Both the position numbers and the translations under genes were made by a program. Positions 60,537-64,000 of a DNA stretch of 64,000 bases are shown piece after piece. Source of the DNA: an uncultured Candidatus Rokubacteria bacterium (lineage in GTDB: Bacteria; Methylomirabilota; Methylomirabilia; Rokubacteriales; CSP1-6); the NCBI GenBank assembly GCA_963762145.1, contig CAVXJS010000019.1, positions 160,001 through 224,000 on the forward strand. Direction: 5' to 3'. The stretch's first letter is position 1; every line of letters begins with the position of its first letter. Under the pieces are notes generated by a model that saw only the letters and a program-made list of their open reading frames with translations, had not been told where the DNA came from and ran no database searches.

Positions 60537-60758
60537 CTAGCGGCGCGCTCCCACCACGAGCAGAACCACTCCGCCGGCGAGCGCCAGCCCGCCCAGGATC
60601 GGCGGGAGGGGGATCGTCCGCTCCTTGTCGGCGGTCGCCTTGATCGGGCCCAGATCGATGATCTTCTCCCGCGTGGTATAGGTGATGCCCTGGTAGGCGA
60701 GGGACACCACCCCGATGGCGATCAGCACGATGGCGATGATGAGGGTTCCGCTCTTCAT
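60537..60758 (-). CDS. Small two-TM membrane protein (DUF3185-like)
   Basis: LAYQGITYTTREKIIDLGP…TIPLPPILGG. Confidence 0.75.
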   Translation of the reverse strand: MKSGTLIIAIVLIAIGVVSLAYQGITYTTREKIIDLGPIKATADKERTIPLPPILGGLALAGGVVLLVVGARR

Positions 60759-60771
60759 GCGATCTTCTCCG

Positions 60772-61374
60772 TCAGAAGCGGGCGGTGAAGCGCCCGGCCT
60801 TGCTGTCCTTGTGGCGCTGCTCGACCACTTCCCAGTTGACGTTCTCGAGAAAGGCCTCGATGTAGTCCTCGCGGCCCCCGGCCCCGTGATCCACCATGAA
60901 GGCGTGCTCGAACACGTCGAGCACCACGACCGGATCGAAGCCGGCCGGGTGGCCCTGCTCGTGACTCGACACCCACCAGTTGAAGAGACCGCCGGTGGCG
61001 GGATCCCGGTACAGGATGGCCCAGCCGACGCCGCGCATGCCGCCGGTCTTGGCGAAGTCCTCGCGCCAGGCGCCCACCGAGCCCCAGGCCGCGCCCAGAT
61101 CCACCGAGAGATCGCTTCCCGGGGAGAGCTTGGAGCCCCCGGCGAGGTTGCCGAAGTAGTACTCGTGCAGCACGATGCCGTCGACCTCGAACCCGAGGCG
61201 CCGCTTCAGCTCGGCCCAGACGGGTGTGCCGGGCTCCGCCTTGGCGGCGCCATCGAGGAGACCGTTCGCGGCCTTGACGTAGCCCTCGTAGAGCTTCCAG
61301 TGCTGGTCGATCTGATCGTCCGAGATGCCCGCCAGCGCCTTCGGCTTGAGATGATCCTGGACCTTGAAGTTCAT
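60772..61374 (-). CDS. Fe/Mn superoxide dismutase family protein
   Basis: QHWKLYEGYV, LHEYYF and DVFEHAF metal ligands. Confidence 0.88.
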   Translation of the reverse strand: MNFKVQDHLKPKALAGISDDQIDQHWKLYEGYVKAANGLLDGAAKAEPGTPVWAELKRRLGFEVDGIVLHEYYFGNLAGGSKLSPGSDLSVDLGAAWGSVGAWREDFAKTGGMRGVGWAILYRDPATGGLFNWWVSSHEQGHPAGFDPVVVLDVFEHAFMVDHGAGGREDYIEAFLENVNWEVVEQRHKDSKAGRFTARF

Positions 61375-61388
61375 GACGTGCTCCGGCC

Positions 61389-61538
61389 CTAGATCGGCCG
61401 TCGACCCTGGATGACCCGGATCAGGACGACCGCGATGGCGATGAGGAGCAAGAGGTGGATGAAGCCGCCGAGCGTGTAAGAACTGACCATGCCCACCGCC
61501 CAGAGCACCAGCAAGACCACGAAGATCGTCCACAGCAT
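61389..61538 (-). CDS. lmo0937-family small membrane protein
   Basis: MLWTIFVVLLVLWAVG…GGFIHLLLLIAIAVVLIRVIQGRR; GGAGG RBS. Confidence 0.85.
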   Translation of the reverse strand: MLWTIFVVLLVLWAVGMVSSYTLGGFIHLLLLIAIAVVLIRVIQGRRPI

Positions 61539-61601
61539 GTGAGTCATCCTCCCATGTCCTGCGAGTAGGAATGCTCGATCCCGTTCGTGCGTGTCCAGTA
61601 C

Positions 61602-61616
61602 GCACACGATGTGCCA
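61602..61616 (-). promoter_or_regulatory. sigma54 promoter motif of the lmo0937-SOD-DUF3185 operon
   Basis: Minus strand TGGCAC-ATCGT-GTGC (GG-N10-GC; one mismatch in the -12 element). Confidence 0.6.
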
Positions 61617-61742
61617 CCCCGGGTCAAGCAGGCGAAGTGCGTGATTCGTGACGCGGAAGTCGCGTTGATGCAGCGCGCACCGGCACGACGGCGCCCGGGG
61701 GCGGGTCAGGATTACCGGGTAGAAGGGTTCCGTTCCCGCAGG

Positions 61743-61758
61743 TGGCACGTCACTTGCG
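61743..61758 (+). promoter_or_regulatory. sigma54 promoter motif (divergent partner)
   Basis: TGGCAC-GTCAC-TTGCG; the 14-nt core is identical to the one at 32458-32471. Confidence 0.65.
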
Positions 61759-61772
61759 ACCGTTCAGGCGTC

Positions 61773-62003
61773 ATGAGAACTCCCCGACCCCTGGAGATGG
61801 AGATCGTGCTGCCGGTGGCGGCGCGAGCAACGTTTGGATTCGTGGCCGGCTTCACCCGCGCGATGACCACGACACTGGGCGCCCTCGTGCTCATGACGAG
61901 CCTGGTGCCTGTGTTCGCGGTGTGCATGGCCGCGCTGGGCGCGCGGCAACCGGACGAGGAGCGATTCAGGTCGTCGGCTGACTCCGGTCGAGAATCCGCC
62001 TGA
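61773..62003 (+). CDS. Possible small membrane protein
   Basis: Hydrophobic 76-aa ORF directly downstream of a sigma54 motif; overlaps the maltokinase 3' end by 38 nt. Confidence 0.45.
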   Translation: MRTPRPLEMEIVLPVAARATFGFVAGFTRAMTTTLGALVLMTSLVPVFAVCMAALGARQPDEERFRSSADSGRESA

Positions 62004-63391
62004 TCCCGGCCAGCGGGATCGCGACCCATTCCGGGCGGTTGTCGAGCTCGTAGCGGAGCTCGTAGGCCGCCTTCTGTAGCTCGAAGGGGGCGACCGCCGA
62101 GCGGAGTGCCTCGGCGGTCGCCGGGACGAGCGGCACCGTGCTTTCCGTGACCGTGTCCAGATAGCCGGCGAGGAAGGCGTCGCGGGCCCGCGCCTCCCAG
62201 GCGGTGAGCGCGACGAGGGCCGTGGCGCGCTCGGATTCCGGGCGACGGAACGCGATCGCGTGCACCGCGTAGTCCAGGGACCGCAGCATGCCCGCCACGT
62301 CGCGCAGGGCGGGCTGTTTCTGGCGGCGCTCGCCGAGCGGCCGGGCCGGCTCCCCTTCGAAGTCGATGATCACGAAGTCGTCGGTCGTCTTGAGCACCTG
62401 GCCGAGGTGGTAGTCGCCGTGCACGCGGATCTTCACCGTCTCGCCCGGGAGCCCATCCAGCGCCGCGAGCGCCCGCGGCACGGCGTCCGCCGTCTGCGCG
62501 CCGTCGGCGCCGAGCCGCGCCCGGACGTCTGAAGCCGCCAGCTCGCGCGCGATGTCGCCGGCCCACCGCGCGACGTCGTCGTGGCCGACGGGCTCCGGGC
62601 GGAAGTCCTCGTCACGATGGTCGGAGGCCAGCGCGGCGTGCAGGCCTCCGGTGACCGCGCCCAGGCGATGGACCTCTTGCAGGAGGGGATCGGGCCGTCG
62701 CTCGATCTCAGGGCCGCGGGCCGCGAGCGCCGAGACCACGTGAGTCCATCCGTCTCCGGTATTCGGCACGAACGCCTGGAGCACCGCGAGCGCCGCGGGC
62801 TCGCCCGCGCCGGCGTACTCGACCCAGCCCGCCAGCCGCGGCACGTGGCGGAAGGCGGTGCGCGTCGTGAGGAACCGGGTGATCTCGAGATCGGGGTTGA
62901 GGCCAGGCTGGGGTCGGCGCAGCGACTTGAGCACGAGGTCGCCCACCACGATCGAGGTATTGCTCTGCTCGCCGGTGAGGCGCCGGGCGACCAGCGCGTC
63001 CGGATCGGGCGGGAATGCCCAGCCCTCCGTGGGCCGGAAGGCGAAGCGGCCGTGGCGACCCTCGGCGGAGAGGCCGGACGCGATGGCGGCGAGGACGCGA
63101 CCTCCGAAGCGCGGGTCGTGGTGGGCGTCCACCACTGCCTCCGCGCCCGCGCGCGCGAGCGTCGCCTCCGGCGCGGCCTCGGCCGACACGGTGACCGGGA
63201 CGTAGTAGCGGTCGCCGTCCACCGCGAGGAGCAGGAGCACGCACGGCCCGTCGGGATCGAGGACGGCCCAGTCGAGCACCTCCACCGCCCCGACGCCGCG
63301 GGTCTTGGCCGCGAACCAGCGCTGGCGGATCAGGAAGCGCGCGAGATCGGGGCGGCCGGGGCCCGCGAGCAGCGCGACGAGGGCGGCGGGA

Positions 63392-63417
<26 letters not shown>
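61966..63417 (-). CDS. Maltokinase (Mak/Pep2-like)
   Basis: QRWFAAK, EQSNTS, HGDYHLGQV, IDFEGEP, DVAGMLRS, YELDNRPEWV. Confidence 0.9.

Positions 63418-64000
<583 letters not shown>

Overview
Very GC-rich, gene-dense bacterial chromosome segment with about 60 CDS and no rRNA, tRNA, CRISPR array or transposase seen. Gene content and style resemble Rokubacteria/Methylomirabilota, but that is an inference only. It begins inside a hopanoid C-2 methylase (hpnP) and ends inside treS. In between are catabolic and transport genes (TauD-type dioxygenases, LLM oxidoreductases, a Mo-hydroxylase large subunit, hydantoinase A/B, Liv-type ABC, TRAP, a Rieske oxygenase), ppc and a proteasome activator (PafE/Bpa). 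About a dozen genes have frameshifts clustered at 16-18 kb and 33.6-44.2 kb, most likely long-read indel errors. Most notable: (1) a Ku-less repair operon with an apparently polymerase-dead PolX-PHP, an uncharacterised protein, Prim-Pol and LigC; (2) a dlt-like operon (adenylating enzyme, carrier protein, MBOAT) with an LtaS-like enzyme in place of DltD; (3) six sigma54 (-24/-12) promoter motifs ahead of stress, repair and small-protein genes, suggesting a sigma54-driven stress regulon; (4) two 84-bp inverted-repeat elements between convergent genes, each next to a tandem duplication of the upstream stop-codon region. All calls come from motif recognition by eye; no database searches were run.
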